Source: Saccostrea cucullata (Eukaryota). From it: a DNA stretch of 64,000 nt. Position 1 is the first letter of the stretch; every line of letters starts with the position of its first letter. The translations under genes and the position numbers were made by a program. Below the pieces are notes generated by a model, which was not told where the DNA came from, searched no databases, and was given only the letters and a program-made list of their open reading frames with translations. The stretch covers positions 124,001 through 188,000 of the forward strand of contig NW_026928121.1 in NCBI RefSeq assembly GCF_032062105.1. Reading direction: 5' to 3'. Of the stretch, positions 50,847-64,000 are shown piece after piece.

Positions 50847-53476
50847 GTAAGTACAGCATAAACAATATGTTTTGGCACCATTACCTACATTGCATGACTA
50901 TCTGCTATTGTTGTACACATGAATTCTGTATGCTGCAAGCAGTATAAACAAGATATATAAGCCGATGTCTTCTACCTGTCCGTCAGATGTGGGTGATTGG
51001 AATCACCATCCCCTACCATTACACGTTGTAATGATGTCAATTACTTTAGGTACAAGATGAGGTGAAACAGGTTAATTCTTGTGCATTCCTCCAATATATT
51101 GACAAAACAATTGGTTATTCCAGGCCGGTTTTTTTCTTATATTGATTTTAAAAAGAGAGAAACTTGTTTAATTTTGTATGCCAGTTCGTGACACGCGACA
51201 GGTGAACTGGACCAGTCATATGCAATACTGCGTCTTCGCGATCGGTCGACGCAGCCTTAACTTCGTTCTGGCAAAGAGCTAAAAGCTTTTAGTATCGAAT
51301 TGACAAGCGCCGGAGACTTAAAACATCTGATCCCCCTGAGATCTATAATATTCTTATCATATTCAGAGCAGTCTTTCCGATTTGGGCTTTTTGCATTTTG
51401 TCGTCAGCATTTGAAGAGAACCATTCTAATTAGTCTTCTATACATTGGGTCTAATAAAATCATTCTGAGGTCTTTTATTACATTTTACCACAAAATATTT
51501 ATAAGAAAGTTAAGCGGATAAAACATAATCCTACTTTATGTTTCAGCTATATGTACATGAAAGCTAACTTCTTCATTCTGTAAAGGATTATTCATTCTAA
51601 TTGTCAGCTCAGAAACTCGTTCAAAATTGATTTTTGTGAGAGACTATTATTGTCACTTGTCTTACAGAAAATTAAATTCTAGAAAGAAATCGTTTATGAA
51701 GTGAACCACATGCAGGTGATTACATTGTTTATTGCATAACCTATAAGATGAAATAAACAAGAAAAAAATATCACATTAATTGCAAAAAAAAGTTTATTTC
51801 ATTTTCGTGCTTACATTAGAATGAACGTTCGTGGGTTGCTTTTCATTTTAATTAACTATTATCAGCCGTAAAGATACCACCCATATATTACTGCAAGATT
51901 ACAAAAGCACAAAAAAAAGAAAAGGATTATTATATCTGAGGCACTTGGTGTATGGAGGCAGTTCGATTCATTTTCAAGATTCTCTTATACTCGAAAGAGC
52001 ACGCTGGTAAGAAAGTTAATATTAGAGACGGCCTGTTTAACGATTAGCATCCGACTTTGGCGTCGTTAGATTGTTCTTCAATGGATGGTGTTCACCGTTT
52101 CAGAGAAAAACAAACAAAGAATGAAGAATCAGAATATACATTATTAATTTTGCCGATATTGGATAAGTAATTCTCAGCAAAAACAAATAAAAAAAAGACC
52201 TACATCCTCGGTGCTTTGTATTAAGTCGATTGGTCGGCAGAATCCGCAGGCATATTTCTATTTTCTCCGTCTTAAAACATTGATGGTTATCTACAAGATA
52301 ATCCTGTATATCTCTAATATTTTTAAAATAGAAATTGAGTTCTAAAAACAGACACGGTATGTGCAGTGCAGTAAATGGGGTGGGATATTAGATTCGAATT
52401 CAACAATAAAGTTTGTGGGGTATTTACTTTAGACAGTGTATTGTTTTGAAATTCATTGTTTAATATATATTTAGAAAGTCAGATTTGAGTTTTATGCTTT
52501 TTTTCTAACAGCGTCTAGATCTTTTCTTTTTTTCAAATAAAATTTCATTCGACTCCATTCCAATTACATGCACACCGCACTTGTACCTATATGATTTTTA
52601 TGCAATACCTGTTTTTTTCCGCAAGAATTCTTCATAACAAAAAGAAAAGTGCGCTGTATGATAATTTCACAGTCAATTAAAGACTAGATAATGTTCATGA
52701 GACGGTCACAATGTATTGAACAGTCATTGATTAATTAATGATATCCATATCAATAGACATACTTAATCAGGCAATGCGGCAATTTATTATTCATAAATAT
52801 ATTGGTATTTTTAGAGCCGGTTCTGACCTTTCGATCCCGGTCTTGCATCACAGACTGCATGTGTGTTCATTAAGGCTCAGGATAATTGAATGCCGTGTCT
52901 ATTTATAGCATCTGAAACATATGGTTTGCGTCGGGGAGTTTACCTTGAAAAATGTTCACAATCTGCAGCTAGTTAGGGGTATACAAAATGTGATGTACTA
53001 GATGCAATAGAATCTTATAATAAGGGGGTCAGCAGTCATTATTTTCGATAAGCTGGAGTACATATTGTTCATTACTTGTGTGATTAAAAGGATTTTTTTA
53101 CATGAAATATTACATATATTTTTTTATAACATTATTTAATTCATGTATTAATATTTAGATATACCATTTTTTAAATATATAAGACTTGTGAAAATCCTAG
53201 GAAGAAAAAATATGTCAAGTCGAAAATATTTCTAGGAAACATTTAGTCTTTGATGAACAATGGTGGTAGTAATTCTTTGTGCATCATTCTAATCCCAATT
53301 TGATCACTATATGTGTGGAAATTTAAATAAGACCACTATCTAATCAATTTCTTCTTTAATTATTTAAAAAGATACGAAAATTAAGAATACTGTTAAACGA
53401 ACCCCCTAACAAAAGTTTTACTTTCAATAACAATTTTGACTACACTGATTTATCTTATCTACATACAATGTACATA

Positions 53477-54948
53477 TACTAGTCAAAATTTCTAAGTCCC
53501 CGGGCAAGTTTTTGCTTTACATCGCTCTTATATTGAATTATTTATCAGTTTAATTTAATAAGTGTACAGAATAAAAAAAAGTAGCAAAACAATTTTTCTC
53601 ACTTTTTTTTTTATTTTTTATTTATTTTTTTTTTATATTTATTTATTTCACAAATGCATGTACAATAAAGTGAAACAACAAATCAGCAATTATTTTATAT
53701 ATACATTGCAATGAAGCAAAAATCTTAGGATTGCTGATTGAGAGGAAAGAAAGGAAAAGAAAGAGAGAGTGAGGAGAGAAGCTGCTTATTAACAAATAAG
53801 GGGAAAAAACCTTGTCAGTATAAACATTTATTTGATCTGATACACAGTTGTTGATTCTAAAATCGAGCAAAATTGTCAGAGCCTTCTCATTATAAAAAGC
53901 CAAATTTCCCATTCTTTATGAAAATCTTCAAGTTTACAGTTTTTGGTAGCTATATACTTCAAAGTTGAAAGATGAGTTTTGATATCTATAAGTAGTCCAT
54001 GAATTGATAATTTTTCATTAAGACACCGCTTTTTGTATATGTAGGATTTTTCTCACTTAATTTATTTTATTGAAGCACTTTAACACAATATGCAGAAACG
54101 TTAAGGCACCCTAGAATTCAAAATTCACAACGTTAAATACTGCATTATCCTCCATTCCAACGAATTCACAGCAAGACAACCGTTCCTCAAAGAGTTCACG
54201 CTATTTAAGAAAAGTTCTTTTATTGAATGTATTTCTATGTGGAGACTAGGTCGTCCTATAGTTCCGCTAAATTCTGCTGCTGGAAAAGCTGTCTCACACT
54301 CCGTCTACCTTAAATTTTCCATACATTTTAGTTAAGGTTGAGATTAGGATGACAAGTGGGCCTGAAATTTTCTGCCTTGCTGACAATAGTTACATAATGT
54401 CTCATTACATGTACCATTCCAGTTTGACATTCCTTTACATGATATTTCCGGATAAACTCTAGGATGATTTTGTTGTGTTTGTGAAAATGCGATTTCTAAT
54501 GATGAAAAGGAATTTAGGTATGCTTTGTAGGTTTTTCGGGCAGTAATTATAAAGGTTTTAAGTAAAATAAATTCATACAGTGAAAGGAAACAGAACTCTC
54601 GTTAACTACGACCAGCTTGGGCCATTTCAACTTCACTTGCACATTGTTGTGTGGACATACACCGCATTTTAATCAAACTTTTTTCTGTTTTTCGTTATCA
54701 ATTAAAGATGGAGAACACATGGGAGTAAAAAATATGAAAAATACACCCGAAAAACATAGAAATCGAACTTCATGCTTTTTAACAAAAACGGTCACGGTCG
54801 AATAATTACACATTCGATTACAATTTTTTGGCCTTGACGGGTAAGTATTGCAAATGAAAGGCAAAATTGTAAGCAACTAGTACATTGAAGTTAAGGTTTT
54901 GAAATTTTTGAAAAAACAAAAGTGGGGACTTAGAAATTTTGACAAGTA
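53477..54948. mobile_element. Tc1-like non-autonomous element carrying a nested LINE
   Basis: TA-flanked 25 bp TIRs TACTAGTCAAAATTTCTAAGTCCCC / GGGGACTTAGAAATTTTGACAAGTA (1 mismatch). Confidence 0.85.
53605..54045 (-). mobile_element. 5'-truncated L1/Tx1-type LINE (ORF2 C-terminus, 3'UTR, poly-A)
   Basis: 13 bp TSD ATTTTTCTCACTT (53592-53604 and 54046-54058); poly-T tract; minus-strand AATAAA; open frame YIYKKRCLNEKLSIHGLLIDIK...KYIATKNCKLEDFHKEWEIW, typical of L1/Tx1 ORF2 ends. Confidence 0.85.
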
Positions 54949-57900
54949 TACATCGTTCTCATTTAAAATCCATTTAAATGTAGTCACAAAGTTGCAGGCA
55001 CTAATGTCATAGAAATTTATTTTAGAGACGTAGTATAACTTCATATAAAAAAGGAATAAATTTTAAAACTGAGAAAAATTTAGATTTTAGACCTCTTTCC
55101 CAGTCATTAACCATTAGGTCCTTTACATGTTTGATGTAATGCACAAACGCGAATGGTTATAACAGTAAACCTGTTTTTCCCAGTTGTTGGTATTGTGCAA
55201 AAGATATTGGTAACCCTTGGCCATTTCCATAATGGTGAACACTCAAATTACAGAATTTTACGAGAATATTTAAGTTTGTATTGAGGGCAGTTTCTATAGC
55301 TAATGTCTACGTATTGGGGTTATTTTATTTGATACCCTGGAATTTTGTGATTTATATAACAAAGTTATCTAGAACATTGACTTTAAACAGGGAGAACAGC
55401 CCCAAGGTCAGAGATCCTAATTTCAGCTCTTGAATATATTGTTCGGGTTCGGAATAAAACGATTTTCGTTTCGTTTTGTTTGCCGATTTGGTATGAAAAG
55501 GACGCTCGAACCCTATTCCCTCTCGCAAACTCGCCGAGTTTAAGTATCATTTCTATTAATTTTTATTGATTTTTAACACTAAATGCGAGAGAGAAAACTA
55601 TTATCACGGTATCGTAAATAACATTGAATTGCTTATGACAGTTTTTTCGCCTTAGTAACATCTTAATGAGGGCAGCCTGGTATTGTTGGAGGCTGTCGTT
55701 TTCCTACGATATCATATATTCACTTATTTTTTTTCCCTTGCATCTTCTATGTCCATGTCCAAGAAAAATTACAGAATCAATTTATAGATGAAATGATTGA
55801 AAGGCATTTATAAGTAGGTCAACCTTCACAAGCCTCAATAATTGTTTTTAAATAAGACAACCACTCACGTTCCTAATAAAACTGATACCTGAAGTAGTTA
55901 ATAGATATCAGTCATGGCAGGAGAAATAAAACATTCAAACAGTCTGCCTTTGAATTACCATGTAACTATCTTCTACAGCAGTTGTAGCGGAAATAACGGA
56001 CGTTAGCCTCGCCTTCATGTTTATAATGGTCCACGTAGGAGTGGAGTATACGCCACTGTTTGTTGAGACCATTTTACCCACTTCTCTTTTCGTTTCCTTT
56101 TAAAATATATTGATAAAGGGCATTTGGTACATAATTCTGCACATGTAGAAGACAGAAATAAGAGTAAAGTTTCATGTTTCTTTTTTCACAGTATTTTATT
56201 GTTTGGGCACATACACATGTTATCATGTATAACGTTACAATGTAGCTATGTACAAATATTAACGTAGGTTAAGCTTTGAATTTTGGTATTATTTTACGAT
56301 CTGACTAAACGTTCCTTGAATCATTTCGTACTACATCAAAATATTTATCTTTATCATCTTATGGACTCTAAACAACTATAATAATAAAAGAAATCAAATA
56401 TACATGTACAAAGAAATCAACCATAGTATGTATAGGTAAAACATACCTAATCACCAATCACAAGTCATTTTCAGAAGAAATATAATAGGAAATTCGATCT
56501 AAAATACTTGCATGATTATGAATGCGCAATAAATATGTACATGTATTACAGTACCTCAATCTCAATATATGTAAAGTATACAATGTTCAGCTTTAAAGGT
56601 CACAGTTCTTCAATAACAATTTGTTGGAAAATTCATATAGAATTTTGAGAGCGTGTCATTGCAGCTTTAAAACTTGATATAAACATGTAGCAACTGTTAA
56701 GTTTTTAGTACTTGTATCCCATACTCGTATAAAAAGAAGGCACATACCTGCTGTGTTTTAAACTTAGCTCTATTAGTTAAGTGTGAGGGCGATGTTCTTT
56801 CAAAACCAGTAAGCTTAAAGATTCAACCTTGTGTTCCCCCACATTACTAATTAAGGATTGATCAATGATAAATGGTCTTTCTGGACACAAAAGTTGAGCA
56901 ACAAATAACTTCTTAACAAAGGTAAACCGAAACTTTCTTTGTTCAATTCCTTGCGATTAATGCTATCATTTGCAGCTTCCTGCATGTGGTTTTTTCTTAC
57001 GTGAAAACCGAAAAGAAATGTTACTACAGTGTAGATTTTAAATACTTTGGCTATTATTTTGATGAAAATCAATCAAAATTGGCATTTTGAAGCACGCACC
57101 TGACTTCAAACGTTACATAACTGATTGTACTGTTTAAACTCTAATTAATTGGCAAAAATTAACTTTCATCTCTGGCTCACATTCTGTTTATCAAGAGCAA
57201 TTTCAAGTAATTTTTTCACATTAAAGTGCTGCAGCTTTTTATTATGTGTATAGAATTTTTATGATTGGAGAGCAAACAACAAACAAACGTCAGACGTTCA
57301 GATTCCGATTGGCACAACTTGTCTGTATACAAAATAGTAATGTTAGTAAACCTGAATGTGCCCTTCAGATATGCGTATGATGAGTTAACTTATTTTAATG
57401 CTTTTCTCAAATTGAAAAAGTGGGGATATTTTAACGAAGCCTCATAATAAAGTCCTGTAATACGGTGCATGGTTTAGGAACGTAAATATAAATTTTACCG
57501 AATTATCTCGGATCTATAGTGTTGATTTATATCTGATTTTTTTATCTTTAAGTATACGTGTATGTTGTCTCTATTTGAAAGACACATTTTCACAAGGACA
57601 TTAAACAGATATTTACTCCTACACACTGTAAAAATATTAAATTACAGTCATCTTTCTATGTCTAATGGTATATATATTTTCATACAATAAAGACTTTGTC
57701 TCAAGACACTTGTTTTGCCATAAAAACAAGAGATCCTCTAGATAAATTTCTGAACTTGACCGAGTAGTTATAGATGTGTCTCTCTACATCAGTTTTGGAA
57801 TGCTTTGACAATATAGACATATCTTATTGTCTGCCATGAATCTTCCCATCTAGGAGAAACCTTTCTCTGTCAAGAGATATAATCTGTAACATGTGTTCAG

Positions 57901-58419
57901 GCTAATTTTAGCACTTTTTCGGTATTGTCCCTGAACCCATTCCAAAAGCAATAGAGAAAGGGGTCTTATAGAATTTAACGGTTTATTGTGTTTGACGTAA
58001 TTCAAATAGCAGAAATGAAATGCAATATAAAAACTGTATTATTATTTTTTGCCGTCTTTGCTTTTTATCACAATAGCACTTGGTCCCCTGTCAGCTATGT
58101 ATATATCTATAATAAAGAGTGCACGACTGAAATATTAGAGATGCAGAGTTCGAATGTTTTAAATGCTATAACAATATTTTCGGCTGAATTTTTCTGTTTT
58201 TACCGGGTTACAAAAAAGTAAAAGCTAATCCACCAGGTCAAAAAACCTAAGAGACATTCGAATTTTTTGTCAAGTGTCAATTCGTTTGCAATATCACCCA
58301 AAATATCTTCCAGTAGTATCTGAGGCATTGCGCTTGAAAATCACAGAATATATACAAAATCTCATTTGCTATAAAAAATATATTATGTTTGAATTTCCTC
58401 GAGATTTTCATCAATCAAA

Positions 58420-59100
58420 TAGAGACGCTTTGATATAGTTAAGACGATCAAAGTTATAGCGAGCGCAGCGAGCGTCGCGAAGCGAGCTCAATAGACTAAC
58501 GTGTAAGAGCAGAGGAAATTCGGAATGAAATCTGTACATACGTCAGGCAAATTTCTCTGTGCAACATTCCCAGGATTACTGCACTACCCAATGTCCTTTG
58601 CGCGAATAAATCAAAAATAGTTGAAAAAATAAAGGAACATTGTTTCTTACCGAGAACTTAACGAAATGATTTTGCCTTGCCTTATTCAAAAAAATACCCC
58701 CATGCCACAACACTGGCCTTCACCTTGCCCTTCGGAAATGATACATATGACGTCACCGGAAACTTACGAATTTTGACGATATGCTAATTAAGTCATGTCG
58801 GTTGCTTCCGTGAAATAGATAAATAAATAAACAATAACGTAAAGCATAAAAAGCTTTCAGTTTGTAGAAATCTTTCAAAGAAACAAAAAATAACTCTGCA
58901 ATGTTTTTCGACCAAAATTGTGCTAGGTCTATAGTTTAAACCAGACGCTCGGCCGTTTCCGTAAGCTCCGACGAGCTCCGTGACGTCGTGTGACGTCACA
59001 GCTAGTCAGATGTCTCGTGCGACTTAATGTTTGAAGTGGCTGATCAATTTTTCAAGTGTATTGATGGTACAACTGCGCTTGCCTCAACGGTCACACCGTA
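58420..59100. repeat. Probable unclassified interspersed repeat
   Basis: GC/CpG-rich ends (GCGAGCGCAGCGAGCGTCGCGAAGCGAGC; CAACTGCGCTTGCCTCAACGGTCAC) in AT-rich intron; family not identified. Confidence 0.35.
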
Positions 59101-61306
59101 AAACATATTACCTGTTGACATTTAGTTTTTAACTGGTTATACTGTTATATTAATATAGGCAATTTATGTTTTGTATAAAAACATTCCTTTCCACTCCAAC
59201 GTAACGTCACTTCCGCTGTAGGTGGTTTAGATTTTAGAATGCCAAACCCGACTTCTTTATTTAGAGGTCTCATTAATATTTATCACTTGGCCATACCAGA
59301 TTGTGTGGTACTCACTTTTGTGTTACGGTCACTTACTTAATTTGTTTTACAACTGACACTGGTTAACAAGCATCAATATGAAAATTTTATGATCCACTAG
59401 AGATATTAATAGTTCCAAGTATTTCCGCTACCGGTTCTACAATGTTCAATAGGTGGAGCTGTCAAAAACAAAAGTGATGCAATGTGCAGATGGCACACAC
59501 AGGAAAACGATTCAACTTTTTAGCGAATCAAAATGTATTTTTTGACTCCTAAGCACGGTTCTTGCCAGTCAAACAACATGTATCAATTTTATCGTAGACT
59601 GCATTGTTTTCTTGGTTATTTAAAACCAGACATGACATTTTATGTTTATTTTTGTAAAAGCTTTCTGAATTTGCAACTCAAATCAATGGTCCATGCAAAG
59701 TGCAAATGTCAATAAGGCCTGCTTTACAGGAACAGAAATAGAAAAAGCTGAAGTTTCCTTTGAGCAGACAATCACATGGAAATTATTCAGAATTGATACC
59801 CTTATCATGTCGATAATCTAAATCTGTTTTAAATGAAGCGGAGGGATAGTCTTTTCATGTCGTTTCAAAAGTTAAAGAGTAACGTCAAATCCCATTGGAT
59901 AAAACTGGAAATGGTCACATGTCACTTTTTTGATCATTTAATGGCGGATTTATTTTAGGTAAAGGGCAAAGAATGCTTTTTGATTCTTAAAGTGCTGTAT
60001 TGAAACTTTATTTGTGATTTACTTAGTAGAAAACCTATTTTGCAATCTTTAAAAGAAAAACAAAATGAAGACTCATCAAGTTTTGTATAATTTCAAGCGA
60101 GAATATTGACTTACTTGAGTCATTTTGTACACTTTTTTTTACTTATCTAGATTTTTGGATTAGGATTTTTATCACGATTAAACAAAACTAAACACTCACC
60201 AATGAAGCATTTATTGGTTACCTAACATAAAAATGTTTTAGAATTGTTGAGAAGCATTATTTTCTCCTTCTGTTAAATTGATGCAATTGGGTAGAAAGAA
60301 CATGAAACAAGTTTGTTAGAAAAAAAAAACAGTAAAAAAAAAAAATTCAGAGGAAAAATCAGCCACGATTTTTTAGCAAACCTTTTTCTATTGAGGAACA
60401 ATAAAAAAAAAAAAGCTTTTTCACCAAATGATAGAAACAGCATCGCATGCAGCGGCGAATGTCACGGTGCGGTGCGCTGAGAATTCTCTCGTGGCAGCAT
60501 GATGTGGTCGTCTTTGTGAGAAAAACTGAGAGTTTGGCACCGTTCGTGCAAACCATGCATTATGCACGATTTACCCAATTCTAATTATACTTCACAACAG
60601 CGCCAGCAATCGACAGAATCTTTCATGACTCGTTTTTCATTCTTCCCTCGGGGAAGTTTGCTGTATTAATAAAGTTCGTTGAGAGTGTGCTTCGGAATCC
60701 AGGATAGCCCTATCTCCCTCCCATTTCTACACAGATTTGCATCATACTATTGAACACCGTAGTAAACTCAGAGTAATTTTTTAAACACATATAAATTATT
60801 TATCCCGACCACATTGCCAATCGCGTGTGCTTTCTAAATTCGCTCACAGAAAATATGATTTGGGTGAGTTTTTGGACAAGAGTTATTACGTCAATTCTAA
60901 GTTGGATTTTAATGCCCCAACCTCTTTTCCCATCACCAGAGATTGATAAGAGACCGTATTGTTGTAATAGATTTTTAATTTTTTAGAATGCTTTACTTTA
61001 TCGTCTTTTGTTTGCTAGTGCAATTCGAACGAATTTACGAATTGCGATTCTGTAAACAAGTTTAAAAGTCAAGTAAATTCAACCAGTTCTTCTAAATAAT
61101 AATACAGAAAGTACTTTGAAAAAAAAAACCTTTCTATGCTTTTTGTGTGATTTGCTTGCTTATATTATTTTTTATTTGTCAGGCATTTTACAATTTATTT
61201 ATTGATTGCAAATTTTCCCCAAAATATCATTGTTTAAACTTTTAATCTTTTAAAAAAAATAGTTAATCAGGATTGTCTCCCACGTGAACATATCTAAATG
61301 AGAAAA

Positions 61307-61665
61307 GATTGACTGATTGATTGTTGTTTTATGTCCATTCGAGAATTTTTCACTCATGTAGACACGCCACCATAGACCGGTGAAGGGGCTGGGCTTCAAA
61401 TAATTTTTACCTTTATTTGGCACTCGGGGCCATTGAACAGTGAGGGATCTCTATCGTGCCAATTCCTGCTGTGACATATGACCTCGGTTTTCAAAGTCTC
61501 ACCCGAAGAAATCGCAACTTTCACTGAGAGTGTTGCTAATGAAGCAACAGTTGCAACCCATTTTTTTTTACTGACTGAGGTCAGTCAAGACCGAGATTCG
61601 AACTCACGACCTCCCTATCATGGAGCCAGCGTTTTATAGCTACCAACTAAGCTACCGTGATCGGT
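61307..61665 (-). mobile_element. tRNA-derived SINE (full length)
   Basis: Minus-strand head with Pol III A box TAGCTTAGTTGG and B box GAGTTCGAATC; central GTCACAGCAGG..TGGCACGATAGAGATCCC (Meta-domain-like, from recall); (TCAA)n tail. Confidence 0.85.
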
Positions 61666-62364
61666 GAAGGCGAGTGAGAAATAGTGAGAAAAGGCTTAGG
61701 AATTTGCCCGGTGTACGAAATATTGATTAGGAATAGTATAAAGAGTAAAGAGGTTGAAAAACAAAGCAATTAGATTAACTGGAGACGCCAAGAGTGTTTA
61801 CTGGCGATTAAACAATGCTATACAAACTGGATACGTTAAAGTAATAAGTATTTTGCAACGATTTCTCAAATGAAGATAGTTACATGTCCTAAAGAAGAAA
61901 CTGTTCGGTGGGTGTTTATGAATTATATACATGTGCATGTTCATGCACTTATACACATATAAACGTAAATGTAGGCATATAGACATGAATCAAGGTGAGT
62001 TTCAATATATTTACAGCAACACAAGACGGTGATATTCTTTTTAAGCATTTTTAAAAAAAAACTATATTAATCAAAACGTCTAAAATGCCAGCGTTATGGA
62101 TACATACAGTCATCAGTGTTCATGTTGTCTTGCACTCTCCGGCGCTACGAGCATTCACGTGTAAGAATTGTTTTAAAACTACTCGTATAGATTTTTTCCG
62201 CCTTATAGAGTATTATCTTCAGGAAATATATTCTCTGTATGATTGCAAAATCACCTCGCTCTCTTTCAATCCTTGCCATGCAAAAGAGTTCGAGATCAGA
62301 GATTACAGAGAAAAATTACATGCTCATAACGGATCGTTTTACAACCACTAACTGATAAAATATA

Positions 62365-63223
62365 CCGTATATACTCGCCTATAAGTCGGTCCGCCTATAA
62401 GTCGGTTAATATATGTACTTAAGGTTATCCGATCCTCAGGTTCTGAAAATCAGGCTTTGAGTAATTGAAAATGCCCACAAAGATGTCTCTAAATTCTCAA
62501 ATTAAAATGTATTTACTCACGGTGTTTCTTTAAACTTCATCTTCAAATTTAATCATATTATATAGGGAAAATTTGAAAATCTCAAATAATTTTTCAGGAA
62601 ATACGATTTGAACTACCTTCTGCATATTTTTGAATTGATAATTGATCAAGAAATACATATTAGGAATAAAAATCATAGGTATCCAGGCTTTTAAAGAAAA
62701 CTGCATGAATTTTATACCTATTCGATACTATTGTTTCTCCTATTTACTTCCATTGTTTCATAATGCATAGTGTATGAAGTGTTTCCTTTCAAAGAAAACA
62801 CCGTAAATCACTTCTAATTTCAAATCATGCTTATAAACATTGATAACTAAGGCTCAATTAAAAGAAATTTGATTTTTTAAAATATGCAAGTTTTACTTAA
62901 CTTTATGAGGTACAAATGTAAACTTTTTTAATACCGTTTGTTAAAACTTTAAGGAACATTGAATCATACGTAGAGGCATAAAATGAGAATTGTTGTATTC
63001 AAAAAATTCAATTTAAGCTTTATTTTAAGACTTTTTGAATTAAATTATAAATTAAAGAGTTATCCTTCCTGGCCGAGGATCGTATATCCTTAATAAGCTT
63101 ATATTTCAGATGGACTGACCTCATATAATACCATTATTTTTATAGCTCGCCTATAAGTCGGACACAGAGTTTTAGACCAGATATCAGCTCCCAAAAAACC
63201 GACTTATAGGCGAGTGTATACGG
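62365..63223. mobile_element. Tc2/pogo-type (TcMar) MITE
   Basis: TA|CCGTATATACTCGCCTATAAGTCGGT ... ACCGACTTATAGGCGAGTGTATACGG|TA (26 bp, 1 mismatch); internal CGCCTATAAGTCGG copies. Confidence 0.9.
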
Positions 63224-64000
63224 TAGTTGTTTATGCTGTTAATAAGTGTTCCCACGTGTCGTCAGACACTCACGTGCATTGAACAATTTAAAATGTAGTT
63301 CACAAAAAAAAAAAATAATAATAATACTCTACTGTTCGTGGCCATAATGAAAAGTTTTCGCTGTAGGATTCTTTTTATTGATACAAACCTTTTGTCCTGT
63401 CGACTATTTATCTATTGATTTTTCCCTGTTAATGTGTACATGCAGTGATGTAACAGTTTGTCTCGCGACATTTGAATATACAGTTCTCTTTGATTAAAAG
63501 AAAAATACTACGCACTAATCAATTGCTCAAACACTGCATTACACATGGTTGTACTCTGTGCTTTGGAAATCTTTGTTGTTTTTTCATGCAATACGATAAA
63601 TGTTGACAGTCTTTGGTGCTGAAAGTTGACTTGGTTTATTGCCATTCATGTTATTAATTGAAGTTTTTCAAGGTCTATTTCAGTAAGAAATATAATTTAT
63701 TATAGTCTTTTAAAAGTACTATTGGACTTTTAATTTCTTATAATGTCATTATAGAACTTTTTCATTCTAAAGTATATATATGCTTCTAAAGTAATAAACA
63801 TTTAACATTGCACACAAAGCAGAATCCATGTATCTTCAATCTGTTTTTAAGTGATGCATTTCGGTCATTGTTTCATTACCAAGTTTCATTGATACAAAAT
63901 TACATGTATAGCGAATGTAAGCAAAATCAATTAACAAGCTATTGAAAACTCAGTCCTGTACTTAATATGAAAATTCAATAAGGACCCATAAAGATTTCTT

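Noticed and set aside
50847-50850. Stop codon making a complete 369 aa channel ORF
   Set aside because: The TAA is part of the GTAAGT donor; the protein lacks GYG, S6 and the C-terminus, so this is an exon, not a whole gene
61585-61665. tRNA gene
   Set aside because: A and B boxes are present but there is no intact cloverleaf; it continues into a SINE body and (TCAA)n tail
67-62351. Remaining short ORFs in the six-frame track
   Set aside because: Mostly non-ATG starts, AT-rich composition, antisense shadows of real exons or frames through repeats; no recognisable domains

Overview
AT-rich, intron- and repeat-rich animal genomic DNA. The repeat families suggest a bivalve, probably an oyster (inference). 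Two + strand protein-coding genes lie in tandem. (1) The last 13 coding exons of a GRIPAP1/GRASP-1 orthologue run from 650 to 27869 (435 aa reconstructed from GT-AG junctions; last intron 15.7 kb; the ORF track misses most exons). (2) The large first coding exon of a Shal/Kv4 (KCND) potassium channel runs from 49741 to 50846 and is cut by the phase-2 intron in the TTLG/YGD pore motif; the rest of the gene is outside the window. The remainder is a nest of mobile elements: Helentron/HINE-type elements with ~150-170 bp internal tandem arrays, 8 fragments of one Penelope-like retroelement family, Tc1/mariner, hAT and TTAA-type MITEs, a tRNA-derived SINE, a 5'-truncated L1/Tx1 LINE and several foldback palindromes. 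Two observations stand out. The octamer TACATGTA is about 10-fold over-represented, and in-window paralog comparisons indicate it arose by CATGTA insertion at TA sites (Tc1-type excision footprints). The GRIPAP1->KCND order and orientation matches human GRIPAP1->KCND1. No prokaryote-type system is present.
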